Shown: positions 51,710-64,000 of the stretch, in pieces | How positions within the stretch are numbered: the first letter of the stretch is position 1 | How the letters are laid out: every line of letters begins with the position of its first letter | Assembly (NCBI GenBank): GCA_030264375.1 | Contig: JASCQW010000032.1 | Location: 40,831,265 to 40,895,264 of the forward strand | Length of the DNA: 64,000 nucleotides | Origin: Carcharhinus longimanus | Lineage: Eukaryota | Reading direction: 5' to 3' | Program-made: the position numbers and the translations under genes | Notes under the pieces: model-generated | The model's database searches: none | The model's input: only the letters and a program-made list of their open reading frames with translations | What the model was told of the DNA's origin: nothing

Positions 51710-52186
51710 CCTCGTGACACTGCCCTCGTGACACTACCCTCGTGTCACTACCATCATGTCACTGCCCTCGTGTCACTGCCATCGTGTCACTGTCCTCGTG
51801 TCACTGACCTCGTGTCACTGCCATTGTGTCACTGTCCTCGTGACACTGTCCTCGTGTCACTGCCCTCGTGTCACTGCCNNNNNNNNNNNNNNNNNNNNNN
51901 NNNNNNNNNNNNNNNNNNNNNNNNNNNNNNNNNNNNNNNNNNNNNNNNNNNNNNNNNNNNNNNNNNNNNNNNNNNNNNGTCACTGCCCTCGTGTCACTGA
52001 CCTCGTGACACTGTCCTCGTGTCACTGCCCTCGTGTCACTGACCTCGTGTCACTGTCCTCGTGTCACTGCCATCGTGACGCTGTCCTCGTGTCACTGTCC
52101 TCGTGTCACTGCCATCGTGACGCTGTCCTCGTGTCACTGTCCTCGTGTCACTGCCCTTGTGACACTGTTCTCGTGACACTGTCCTC
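51710..52186. repeat. 14-bp minisatellite (CTCGTGTCACTGCC and variants), spanning a gap
   Basis: Tandem units CTCGTG(T/A)CACTG(C/T/A)C on both sides of the 51879-51978 gap. Confidence 0.9.
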
Positions 52187-53301
52187 CATAGACTTGCTGA
52201 TCACTGCCAGGAGACCACTAAACCTCATGTTGGCGCTCCTGCCTGGCCATCGCTCACCCTATTCAGCCATTGCTTCTGATTTCGCCCGCCCCCGCCAATT
52301 GCACCCCCCAGCAGAGTTCCCTCTCACCCACATATGCGGAATTTGCCCCCTATCCCCTCTTCCACTGCCATAGCTCCACCCCACTTTGGCCCCACCACCA
52401 CTCTGGCTCTGCCCCTTGGCACTGCCCTGGAACAGCTAGGGTGTCCCAATGGGCAGTCCCAATGTGCCTGGTGGGCAGTGCCAGAGTGCCCAGTGGATAC
52501 TGCCAGGGTGCCAAGTGGGCAGTGCCAGGGCACCAAATGAGCTCTGCCAGGCTAGGACTATCCCATGGGGACTGCTTGGCCCTGTTCCCGACCACCAGGG
52601 GCTTCAATAGCATCCAATCCCTCTGGCAAAGTCATCACATCTGATTCCCATTAATGGGGGAACAATACGTGAATCTCGCTAGGGAGAACCTTGGCCTGTG
52701 AGGTAAGTGAGTCCAGATGATAGTATCCAGGACTTGTTAATGAAAGGGTGACATGCACATTTTGCCAGGGTTGATATGATTGGAAAGGTGCAAAACTGAG
52801 CATGAACCTGATTTTTTTGCCTCCCAGCCAATCTTACCACCTCGCCTTGCTGAAAGCCAGGTGGGATCAGGTCCTAAGTTCACGCCCTTATTCATTTTTT
52901 GGGAAAATTGTGGCCTGTGTGTATTCTTGAAGCTACTTAGAGGTGGGATCTGCACATGTGGAAACATCAAGGACTCAGGGAGGAGGAAAGACTGATGCAG
53001 ATGCTGGAGGGCAAGACCGCACATGAGAACTGATGCAAAGGATGCAGGTTAGGTCTTTGATGGAGCAGTCCACAGATAAAGGCAGAAATGTTTTGTGAAT
53101 ACAATCCAAATTCCCCAGTCTTAACCACACTCATACTTTGTCTCGGATACAGACCAATGTAGCATATTCTTCACCACAATGCTGAAATAAAGGCCACCTC
53201 AAAACCAACATTGAAAACTAACTTTATAAATCAAACCATCCAATATTCCAGGCAAAATTCAACTACTTAAGCTTGTGTACTCATTTAGTCTGTACCCTCA
53301 A

Positions 53302-54437
53302 TGTGTCAGAGATAGTTTTATATGAGATATATTTGTATTGTTAAATATTAGAAATAAGGTATAGTTTTAAGCAGGTTTAATTCAGTGTTGCTGTGTAAGG
53401 AAAGACAAACTTATATTTAGATTCATGCTATCAAAGGTGTTTGTGTGTGTGGGGGTTTGGTCAGTTCTATTGTGCTTAGAGTGGGTTACGGCATGTAAAG
53501 TAAACAAGCTGAGAGAAATAAAAGTCATTGCTTTGCAACTCAAGGGCACCTTTAGGATAAGGATTCGTTTTGAGTTTAGTTTTAACTGGGTTTATTGCAG
53601 TTGGTTTTAGAAGGCTAGAGATGGAATATCTCTCTCAGTTTTGTTCAAAGCAGAAAACCCATATAATGGAATAAGGCATACAACACCAAACTCCAGAGGT
53701 ACTAAAGGAGCATTCTAGAAACCAGAGAATGGAAGAGAAGCTCCAGGATATCAATATAAAAAGGAACAAACAGGAATGATCTTGAGAACAGGATACTGCT
53801 TATGAAGCTCAAAATCAGACCTGGGAAGAGAAGAGCTGATGAAGCTGGCTACAGACGTGCCACATATCAGAAGCAATTGTAAGGTCTGATGTCCTTATTT
53901 CCTGTGTTTGAAATAATAATATTCTGTTGGGGGCTGACTACCTGAATTTGAATTTTGAGTGCATGCTTCAAGATAAAGGAAGCCTGAAAGGGGAGTTGGA
54001 TAACTTGGTGCTGGATTCCTCATTAAAAGTGAAGTGGAAGCTTTATTTGAAAGGATAGTTGGAAAACCTGAAACAAATTTTTAATGCAAACAATTGATAG
54101 AAAGCATTTTAAAGTGTGTCTTTTCTGGGAGTGGAGCCTGGAAACGTTCATATGACAATCATCTAGGGGAATGGGGAGCTACAAAAAGAAATCCATGGAA
54201 GATCAGAATGCAGTGTTATTTTTGTAAACATTTGAATACATTTGTGAGGCTAAGCAGGGAGTAGAGGTGTTGTATCATAATCAAATTTTTAATATTTAAG
54301 CTTTTTTATTGTTGTTAAAAAAAAAACTAATTAGCAGTTCTGTGATGCTGTTGCCTCACATTTTCTAAAAAAATAAAATTTACAATCTTTTGAGGAATTT
54401 TCCTGTCCAATAGTAACACCAACTGGGACTATAACAT
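53302..54437 (+). mobile_element. Probable long solo LTR
   Basis: TG start, AATAAA near the 3' end and terminus ...GGGACTATAACA; no TSD resolved. Confidence 0.4.
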
Positions 54438-57400
54438 CTGTGCCTTTGCCTTTTCTTGTGCTCCAATGCATTGCTACCCCACTGACTGCAGCATAGTGTT
54501 TCACAGGCCTGCCAGGAACCCAGCTGCCACTGTCAAGGACCATGAGGGAGTCTGGTACCAACCATGGTCAGCACCTTACACAGAGTTTGGAGCCCACCCA
54601 TTCCAGCACGGAGGTGGTGGGCAATTCTATTTGTACGCTTGTGGATCCAACAATGATTCAAAAGGATTAGCCATCCAATGCCTGGGTGTTAAGTGGAAAG
54701 TCAGACCAACTGGTTACAATGCAAACTCAGATGGCTCCTATTATAGACATATGCAAAAAACTTTCCGGGTCTCTCCACAGTTCAGCAAACTCTCCACACA
54801 TTGCTAGGATTGTGGAGATACCCCTGCAGGAGTGTGGCAGTGATTCCATGGGGCACAAACTTACTGTTCTATCTCAGGGTGACAATACTCGCCCCCGTAT
54901 CACTGTCTCTCCAGCTGTACCCTAGCTATTGCCTGTTTACCATCCAGCCCAGACTGCTGTTGCCTTTGTCGACATAGTGTCATCTGCCGCCAGGCTTTCT
55001 AAAGTCTGAGCTGCTCAAGCCCATCCTCCAACACCACTGAAAGCCAATAACCCCTTCAGCAGCCATGCAACAGCTACTGAGGTAGCACAGTGTAGGAGCA
55101 CTAGAACAAGCTAAGGCTTATAAAAGACACACAGTAAGGGAATGCACAAGCTTGATGGTTGACTTTTGTATGTAATATTGGATAGTTTGATTTATAAATT
55201 TGGTTTGGAATCTTGGTTTTAAGATGGCTGTAACTTTAGTATTCTGGCTTTTATCACTGACAAAATGTATGCATTTTACTGTTGCCCATGATCAAAGTAT
55301 TTTAATGTGTGATGTCAGTGTATTTGATCCAATTTAAATGATATCAGCAGCAAGATTTAGTGATTTTAAAAATAAAAGAATATTATTTGTTATCACATAC
55401 TTGGCCAGAGATATAACACAACACACGCACTACCATACACACAAAAATTAGATGCAGATCAGGGAAAGAAGTATGATTACAACCTGGAATTATTTCAGTC
55501 TCTTTCACAGCAGGCCTATGCTTTATTAGATGGATTGACACTTCAGGTGTAAAAGTAAAGGATTCTCAGTGAGCTGTGAGACACCTTGTAGTTGGATTGC
55601 CAAGAGTTTGGCTCTTGGCTGATCTAAAAGTTTGAACAGGCTGGAGGGAGAATCCTTTTCCCACTTTCAGGATATAGCTGTATGTTACCATGACTATGTT
55701 ATTGTCTTGTAGCAGATTTGATGGCTTAGATGATGTTTCTGATGGTATCTGACCCAGAACAGCTTCTGCTATTATGTTTTAAAAGCAGGAACAGACATGC
55801 CTGCCTTACCTGTGTGACCTGTTACAAGTCTAAAATCCTTTTCCAAATAAGCTGATGTTTAAGATTGGTAACTATCCCATGTTGTTGTTTTAGACAGTCA
55901 AGGTCATAGTACTTGGATGACAAACCAAAACAATACAATGAAAGGTTGATAAGATCAATCCCATATTTGTCTAACAGCCATTGAATTTCAATGTATCTTT
56001 TGTTCAAGATGAAACAGAATAATGAGCTGGCTGGTATATTGTAGTCCTTTCTGTTGATGGGTCCATCCTTAACAAAGTGAATTTTACTACCGGCTGGGTT
56101 TTTCCACAAAGTGACTAGGTATTTGCTTGAGTTTCAGGCCTGTCTGGAACTGATGCAAGTCACGTGATATGCTACAGCCATCTTAAACAGTTTTTAGTGT
56201 GCACTTTTCTTTAAGTACAAAGTTGAAATTTGTAATGTGTTCATGCCTGTACTGAACATTGTGACATTGTAATAGAGGGAAGTTAAGGCATGAGACTGTC
56301 TATGCATGGGGAACTGGGATTGCATTCACAGTATTGCTGACAGCTCAGCCAGAAAGCAGACTACGTTGATTACCTCCTAGTCTCCCTCCTCTTTATCTTC
56401 TCCTTTTCCTCCTCCGTCGTGTGCTTGCCCCATCTGTTTTTCTCCAGCAAGAGAGAATTAAACGTATTCATTTCTCGTCACATCAGGGAGCTCCCTCACA
56501 CATTTGTGAATGGAAAATAGGCAGATGTTGAAAATATCATGAGCGCCAGCCTGGTAGAAACATGATGCAAAAACTATTCATGGCCCCCGGTCACTCTCAC
56601 AGCAACTAGCAATGCCATCCTCACCCTGCTCTGAGACAACACTGACAGATTTATGGCCGGCAAATTTCTCTGAGCACCTCCTTTGTGAAGCGGGGATAAT
56701 CGACAAGGTCAGGGCAAGAGAAATGCTCCCTGAGAATCCTGGTTGATGGAATCTGTGCTTTTAAAGTCTGAAATTTGGAAACTAAACTTTCTGGGGAGAC
56801 TGAAGCTGCTTTTTTCGTTCATTCATGGGATGTGGGCATCGCTGGCTGGGCCAATATTTATTGCCAATCCTCCTAACCTGCACATGTTTGGACCGTAGTA
56901 GGAAACTGGAGCATCTGGAGGAAACCCATGCAGACACGAAGCCTGTTTCTAAACTGCCCAGATTTTGATGATCCCTTTAAATCTTTCCAGCCATGCATTC
57001 ATCTGATCTCCGTCTATTAGCCCTGACCCTCACTCCGCCACCCTTGATCTTTCATCTGCTATCTTCAGCTTTCAAGATCTCACCATTGATCTTCCCTGTG
57101 TAACCCTATATCTCTGCACAATCACGCTAGACCGTCTACCTGTGGGTATTCACCTTCTCCATGTAATCCATTTTCCTCCCTCTATGCGCTACAAGCTTCA
57201 TAGGTCCATCAGGACCCACCCTCCCTCCCTGGGTCAAGTAAGTGCTGATCTCCCTTGCACAGTAAGCACCACCTCTGCCTCCTTTTCTCCCTCAGGCTGC
57301 CATGCCCTGTTCTCCTTGCCCCGCTATCATCTAATCTCAGCGAATCAAAGCCTCCTCTCCTGTGGTCCAGAAAAGCACTCCATGAAAGTAAAACCGCTCC

Positions 57401-58699
57401 TGGTCAATCCAATTCCAGCAGGAAACCATGCCTGCACACTCCACCTTTAACCAGCCATGAAACTGAAAGCACATGTTTCTCATTCGCTCCAAAGTTCATT
57501 TCAAATGTACACTTTAATCTGGTTGAATTAGTGTGTAAAACAAATAGCTTCTCACCATTAGGAAGCTCGACCCACCTTCAATCCGGCACCACTTTATTTC
57601 CCTGCTTTTCTCCTGCCATTGGGAAGCTGACATATCAGCTCCCACACAATTAAATTCCCTCGCCTGCCTCATTTCCCATTGCTGGTGGCAGTACAAAGTC
57701 CCAACGTATGAGCAACCTTCAGAGTCAGCAATGAAGTTTTCCTTAAAGAGAAAATCTCCAAAATCTATGTACAGATTGCATTTAAATTTGTACAAAATAT
57801 ATTTTTTGTATAAATCTCAATATTACAGTCATGATTCGATTATTCAGGTTTTTTTTGCTTTGCAATAGTATTGTAATGTATTGATTGGAGTGTGTCATCA
57901 CTGAAGGTGTTCTATACAGCTCACTCTCCTACACTAATAAATATCTGTTAAAATAATCAAAGACTTTACCATATTATTGGCAATTTGTCTGTCTCTATCA
58001 ATCCCTCTTGCATACTGTGCTGTAAATAGTGAAGGTTTTAAAGTGTGTAGCTCGTTTTGTATATCAACTTAGTGCTGTTCATAGCGACACTGATGGTGGT
58101 TAGTTGTGTCAGAAACAAAAGCAGCATTTTCTATAAAGACCTTTATTAGGGCTGCCACTTTATGTAGATATTATTTGGATTTGGTTTAAGTTGCTTCTGT
58201 TGTGCAGGTAGTCAATCTTGTGCCGTACAGATCATAAATAAATAAAACATTTTGAAAAAATGTATCCATCCTTGTTATTATTATTCATTGACTGGATTCT
58301 GTCATCCAACCATGCTTACTATTGCTCTGTAATTCTCGGGTGAGGTCACTAATCGGATACTCTCAATATATAATTTGGCATGTCTGCATTTTATTCTCCA
58401 TCTGTACATTGGTAATTACTATATACAAGTAAGGACACATCTTACTAGTGACTGTTATAGTATTGCATGTTTCTGGAAAGCATTAAAATGTTTTCCATAC
58501 TTATAGTCTCCAGTAAATAAAAAGCTGTGAAAATAAATATCTATTGTAATATAATTGCCAAATGTAATTCTGATGGTTTTAATGAAATATGCAGTGTGCA
58601 AGTGTAGAAAGGGTAGCTCAGCATCCGGAGCAGTGGGGTTCCATTCTTTTTCACTTGAAGTCTGCTTGGAGGCCATTAAGTTGAACTTTCTCTATACCC

Positions 58700-58841
58700 T
58701 AGCTATGACTGTAACACAACATTCTGCACTCTCTCCTTTCCTTCTCTATGTATGGTATGCTTTGCCTGTAAAGCGTGCAAGAAACAATACTTTTCACTCT
58801 ATACTAATACATGTGACAATAAGAAATCAAATCAAATCAAA
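58700..58841 (+). mobile_element. Rex1 3' UTR and tail
   Basis: GCTATGACTGTAACAC.ACATTCTGCACTCTCTCCTTTCC...AAATCAAATCAAATCAA; reverse complement of 36126-36260; another copy at ~63485-63625. Confidence 0.75.
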
Positions 58842-59681
58842 GTTTTTCCCATAAAGAGGGAGGGAGGATGAACCAACTGCATCAGGCTGCTCACACTGCT
58901 CCCCTGGTAACCACTTTCAGGATAGGATAGAGGCCTGTGAACTGGTTTCTCACGTGTCCTTACACATAGCATTGTGTTTGGCACAAGTAGGTGAAGTAGA
59001 TAAATAAAAGGAAGATATTTTTTGTCTCTAAAATGTCATGGTCAGGAAGAAATAAATTACATAACAGTGCGACACTCAGGTTATTCCATTTATCAATCCT
59101 AGTTAAGGAATAAACTGAGGACTCCTTTGTTATCCATTATGTGTCAAATGTAAATAGTTTATAGAAATGTCAAGTTCATTATTTACTGTAGGAGCTACAT
59201 GGAAAATTGATAAATCTTCCAAGCTCTTGCTGAACACATTACCCACCCTTATTCAATCTACTACATCAGAGACCCTTCCTGGAGCTTATGAGACATAAAT
59301 TCTGCAGCATCATGTCATAGACAATGCAGCCTTAAAATATTACGTTATTTGTATAAATTCAAAGAAAATGGCATTTGTTACAACCAGCTCCAGATGTGGT
59401 CTCCCAAAATGGTTGATCCAGGAGCGGCCCTTCAATTTGTCACTGTCCAGCTGGGATACCCCACAGTCGTTAGATAACCCAAAACCCCACTGAGGTGCAG
59501 TGACTGCCTCCTTGTCTTTATTCAACCCAGCTTCTGATGGCACCAATAAAGCTTTAATCTAACAAGTTCCCTTTCCCTTGGATACCTTTTCCAGACCCAA
59601 TAGCTACGTTTAAAAAGGAGCCAATTTAACCAAGCTTTCTCATGTTAAAATAACGTTTATTAACTACTAAAAAGGTAAGAA

Positions 59682-59905
59682 TGATGTGGAGTTGCTAGCG
59701 TTGGACTGGGGTAAGCACAGTAAGTAGCACGAGCTATCAGAGCATTGCCCCTTCATCAGGTGAGTGAAGAATTCGGTTCACAAACAGGGCATATATAGAC
59801 ACAAACTCAATTACAAGATAATTGTTGGAATGCGAGTCTTAACAAGTAATCAAGTCTTCACAGATGCAGACAGTGTAAATGGCGAGAGGGTTAAGCACAA
59901 ATTAA
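59682..59905 (-). mobile_element. Penelope-like pseudo-LTR fragment with tail
   Basis: TGATGTGGAG.TGC..GCGTTGGACTGGGG tail and homology to 61060-61250; hammerhead core broken (GAAA to GAUA). Confidence 0.75.
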
Positions 59906-60169
59906 GAAGGTAAGGAGAAATGGTAAAACACATGCACCTATGTTCATGTGGATTCAAAAATAAGACTTGAGTCCAATAGTAAGTAAACAGAAATAAAAAG
60001 TTTTATAGAACAGTCCTGAGTTGTGGAGAGTAGATGTGATGACATGTTGTGGCTGATAACAGGTTGATTCCAGTCATTGAGTCTTGGGTTCAGGTGTTGT
60101 GTAGTTCAGTAGAGAGATTTCAGTTCCAGCTGTGATCCTTCTGCCAGCTGATAGAATTTCACACTATGT

Positions 60170-60560
60170 CATGGAGAGGATAACGGACCATACAATTAAT
60201 CGAGAGCATTGCAGAAGTGTACTGCAGATTGCCATCCAATTGATCCAGACGCAAACATCACATCTTCAGAAACCCGAGGTCCCTGTTCAGTGGTGTTTTT
60301 AGTGAGCAGTTAGTTCAAGATGTAGCACCTCTGCAGTTTTGTTCCAGAAAAGGGGTGAGTAGCTATCCCTTCATTAAGGGTTATATCTTATCTCCTGGAG
60401 ATGGAATGAAGATCTGTATCACCCGGGAAGACCAGAGGATGAAGGTGTCATGGCAGCTGCCAGGAAGACAAGTGCACACATACACGTCGCTCTTTTTTTG
60501 GTCACAGGACCCCATCAGCTAGCATCCTCCCAATGCTCAGGTGTTCCCCCAGGTGTGCTT
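60170..60560 (-). pseudogene. PIF/Harbinger DDE transposase remnant
   Basis: Minus-strand translation CDQ...VCTCLPGSCHDTFIL...GDK...LLTP and a degraded LKM.(C)LD..G.LQY motif; PGSCHD at 60447-60464. Confidence 0.75.
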
Positions 60561-61013
60561 GGCAGCCTTGATTCGTATTACCCTGCAATGGCAGCAGGGT
60601 GAGAACACCCTGTACTGTTCAAATGCTTACTGACTACTCATCCCACAACCCTTTCTGGCCTGATGTCAGCTACATGCCAATGGCCAAGTCCTCTTCTGCT
60701 ACTGTTCACCCTTTCATGGGGGCCTTTCAGGCAGGCCTTGCATTAACATTGCTGCAGCTTCCTCTTGAGGTGCCCCAATGTCATCTCCACAATGAGGACC
60801 ACTATAGGCACATGTACAAGTAGACAAAAGCAGAGGCCACCAAATTTTCTGACTGGGTCCCGCTGTTTGCCAACCTCCATGTGCCTGGTCGGCCTCTGAT
60901 AGTCCACCACTTTCTGAATGTGCCTGTCAACAAGGTCCCAATGAAATCTTTGATGATATTAATTGCCATTGTTAATGGTGGGCCCTCCCCCTACCCTGGT
61001 GAAACTTGCAGGT

Positions 61014-61757
61014 ACAGTAAGAAGCTTCACAACACCAGGTTAAAGTCCAACAGGTTTATTTGGTAGCACAAGCCACTAGCTTTTGGAGAACTCGCTGTTC
61101 CTTCATCAGGTAAGTGGGAGTTGTGTTCACAAACAGGGCATATAAAGACACAAACTCAATTTACAAAATAATGATTGAAACCGCATGTTTACAAGTAATC
61201 AAGTCTTAAAGGTACACGCAATGCGAGTGGAGAGAGCATTAAACACAAATTAAAGAGATATGCATTGTCTCCAGACAGAACAGTTAGTGAAATTTAGCAA
61301 GCCCAGACAAGTCATGGGGGTTATAGATAGTGTGACATGAACCCAAGATCCCAGTCGAGGCCGTCCTCGTGTGCGGAACTTGACTATCAGTCTCTGCTCA
61401 GCAACTCTGCGTTGTCATGTATCGTGAAGGCCTTTTACTTGCAAAATCTCACTAAATGTCCTGTCTGGAGACAATACACATCTCTTTAACATGTGCTTAA
61501 CCCTCTGTCCACTCACATTGTGTGTACCTTTAAGACTTGATTACTTGTAGACACTCGCATTTCAACCATTATTTTGTAAATTGAGATTGTGTCTTTATAT
61601 GCCCTGCTTGTGAACAGAACTCCCACTTAGCTGATGAAGGAGCAGTGCTCCAAAAGCTACTGGCTTTTGCTACCAAATAAACCTGTTGGACTTTAACCTG
61701 GTGTTGTGAGTCTTCTTACTGCGTTTGCCCCAGCCCAACGCCGGCATCTCCACATCA
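61014..61757. mobile_element. Penelope-like element: inverted pseudo-LTRs flanking a GIY-YIG endonuclease C-terminal fragment, with TSD
   Basis: 61014-61300 is inverted relative to ~61438-61720; minus-strand 61337-61432 reads GLHD..QRRVAEQRLIVKFRT/EDGL.WDLGFM; one-sided tail 61721-61757; TSD TGAAACTTGCAGGTAC (61000-61015) / TGAAAGCTGCAGGTAC (61758-61773). Confidence 0.85.
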
Positions 61758-62607
61758 TGAAAGCTGCAGGTACCAGACCAGGCTTTGGAAATCCAGCACA
61801 CTGGCTAGCCTCAGTATTTCCCCTTCCCACTCCAATCGGGACCTGAAAATTCAACATGAGGAACATACATATGCGGCTTGGACAACATTTTGCACCCAAA
61901 ATGAGACCCATAATGTTGAAAGTACAGACACTACATAACTCACTTTTGAAGACTTTAAGTCCAACTAAGAGGGTAGATGGAGCCTCAGTTTAAAAGACAG
62001 CAGCCGGAATTCTCCGACCTCACCCGTAGCCGGGACTCTCCAGTCCCGCTGCTGTGAATAGAGTTTTGGCTGAGCACCAAATTCTCCATTAGCAGGGCGT
62101 GCGAGACACAGTGTGGCACTTCTTCAGGACTGCACAGGAATGTCAGATTGGATTAAGTCTGCAGATATCTCAAGAAGGGTTTGAACCCACAGCTTGCCGA
62201 TTCAGAGACAGGCTGCTACCACTGAGTTTCGACTTAGATTTAAAAACAGAAAATGTTGGAAATGGAGATTTATACTTTTCCAGCATTTTCTTTTTCAGTT
62301 TTCAATAGTATCTTTTACTATCCTCTTATTTGATTGGTATACTATTTTAGGCAATTATCTGAAAATCTTGAGAGGTTATCGTTAATGTTTTTAATTTCCC
62401 TTGCTGATTGATTTTCCACATCACACAACACAGTAGAAGATGCCACTATCTGATTAGCTGCTCTTCTCTTGATATTATTCTTCTTTATTCATATCATGCT
62501 AAATAAAGCTAACTTGTAATCATTAAATTAGAATCAGTCCATGATGTGTCAACATTAGGAGCACTTAGGAGTTCATTCACCTCCAACACCATATCAAGAT
62601 GTTGCTT

Positions 62608-63075
62608 ATGGTGGCACAGTGGTTAGCACTGCTGTCTCACCATGCCAGGGAACTGGGTTCAACTCGGGTAACAGTCTGTATGGAGTTTGCATGTTTCTTT
62701 CATAAATAAAATGGGAATAGAGGGATATGGTCCCTGGAAGAGTAGGTGGTTTTAGTTCAGTCGGGCAGCATGGTCGGTGCAGGCTTGGAGGGCCAAAGGG
62801 CCTCTTCCTGTGCTGTAATTTTCTTTGTTCTGTGTTTGCTCTTTGATCTCTCTGTTTCTGCGTGGGTTTGCTCCGGGTGCTCCAGTTTCCCACCACAGTC
62901 CAAAAATGTGTGGGCTAGGTGGATTGGCCATGGTAAATTGCCCCTTAATATCAGGGTGATTAGCAAGGTAAATACGTGGGTTTGCAGGGATAGGGCGTGG
63001 GTGGGATCGTGTTGGCACAAGCTTGATAGGCTGAATGGCCTCTCTCTGCACTGTAGGGATTCTATAATTCTATGA
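62608..63075 (+). mobile_element. HE1-like SINE interrupted by a CR1 3' end (~62702-62845)
   Basis: SINE head TGGCACAGTGGTTAGCACTGCTG; V-domain split after GCATGTTTCT by GGAATAGAGGGATATGG...GGGCCAAAGGGCCT...TTCTTTGTTCT, resuming at TCTGCGTGGGTTT. Confidence 0.8.
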
Positions 63076-63842
63076 GACTTACAAGGTTCTATGTTCAGAT
63101 CTCTTCCTAGGACTTAGATGCAAAAATTGAAATTTACAGTGCTATTCTCTGCTGTGCTGTGCTGTCCTTTGAGATGGAACTTTCTGCCTCAGGAAGTGGA
63201 GGGTCATTGAATATTTTTAAGGTGGAGGTAGATAGATTTTTATTAGGCAAGGGAATCAGAGATTTTACGGGTAGATAGGAATGTGAAATTCGAAACACAA
63301 ACACATCAGCCATGATCTTATTGAATGGCAGAGCAGATTTGAGGGGCTGATGTTTATATGCTAAACCAGACCCCCAGCTGCTATGGATGTAAAAGATTTC
63401 ATGGCGTCATTTTGAAGATGAACGGCGGAGTTATTTCCAGTGTCCTTGTTAATATTTATCCCTAAATCGACATTACAGGAATGCATTGACTGCAACACTA
63501 TATTCTGCACTCTCACCTTTCCTTCTCCCCTATGTACTCTATGTATGGTATGCTTTGCCTGTAAAGCACGCAAGAAACACTACTTTCACTGTGTACCAAT
63601 AGGTGTGATAATAATAAATCAAATCATTCATTGCTGCTTGTGGGAGCTTCCTGNNNNNNNNNNNNNNNNNNNNNNNNNNNNNNNNNNNNNNNNNNNNNNN
63701 NNNNNNNNNNNNNNNNNNNNNNNNNNNNNNNNNNNNNNNNNNNNNNNNNNNNNATAAATCAAATCATTCATTGCTGCTTGTGGGAGCTTCCTGTGTGCCA
63801 ATCAACTGCTGTGTTTCCAATAACAGGGGCTACACCTCCCAG

Positions 63843-64000
63843 ATAGAATCTCTACAATGCAGGGGGAGCCATTCAGCCCATCAGGTCTGCATCAACAACA
63901 ATCCCACCCAAGCACTATCCATGTAACCCCACATATTTACCCCTCTAATCTCCACATCTCAGGACACTAAGGAGCCAATCATCCTAACTCACACGCTTTT
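63843..64000 (-). mobile_element. HE1-like SINE 3' part
   Basis: ATAGAATCTCTACAATGCAGGGGGAGCCATTCAGCCCATC...ACAATCCCACCCAAGC. Confidence 0.7.

Noticed and set aside
51710-52186. Possible CRISPR-like array or V(D)J recombination-signal heptamers
   Set aside because: No unique spacers; CACTGTC/CACTGCC is not the CACTGTG heptamer and no nonamer is present
51440-52373. Cys/His-rich ORFs resembling a metallothionein or zinc finger
   Set aside because: They are translations of a 14-bp minisatellite (not a multiple of 3) and run through an N gap
57760-58260. 3' UTR-like AT-rich region ending in AATAAATAAAA
   Set aside because: No upstream coding exon or stop codon could be linked, and the motif is common in AT-rich DNA
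63614-63793. 40-bp exact duplication across a gap
   Set aside because: Identical sequence on both sides of a 100-N gap; scaffolding artefact

Overview
Non-coding, repeat-rich vertebrate genomic DNA from a draft assembly with several N gaps. The repeat families point to a shark or other elasmobranch: HE1/V-domain tRNA SINEs with CR1-type tails, a SacSINE1/DeuSINE-like SINE, CR1 and Rex1 LINE remnants, degenerate Ty3/Gypsy LTR elements, PIF/Harbinger transposons and MITEs, and Penelope-like elements (PLEs). I could not recognise any intact host protein-coding gene; the ORFs in the track are TE pseudogene fragments or chance ORFs. Most notable observations: (1) a structurally intact minimal type-I hammerhead ribozyme in a PLE pseudo-LTR (1411-1449, minus strand), plus decayed sister copies in fold-back PLE insertions with target-site duplications; (2) an unexplained ~130-bp inverted repeat (87-nt core, 1 mismatch) around a ~500-bp spacer at 47005-47767, inside a ~10-kb TE-poor block that resembles a regulatory region; (3) a frame-compatible chain of small plus-strand exon candidates (11770-15111), followed by a CpG-retaining, CTCF/C-EBP motif-bearing region (17.3-19.2 kb). 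Family names come from motif recognition, not database searches, and boundaries of old elements are approximate.
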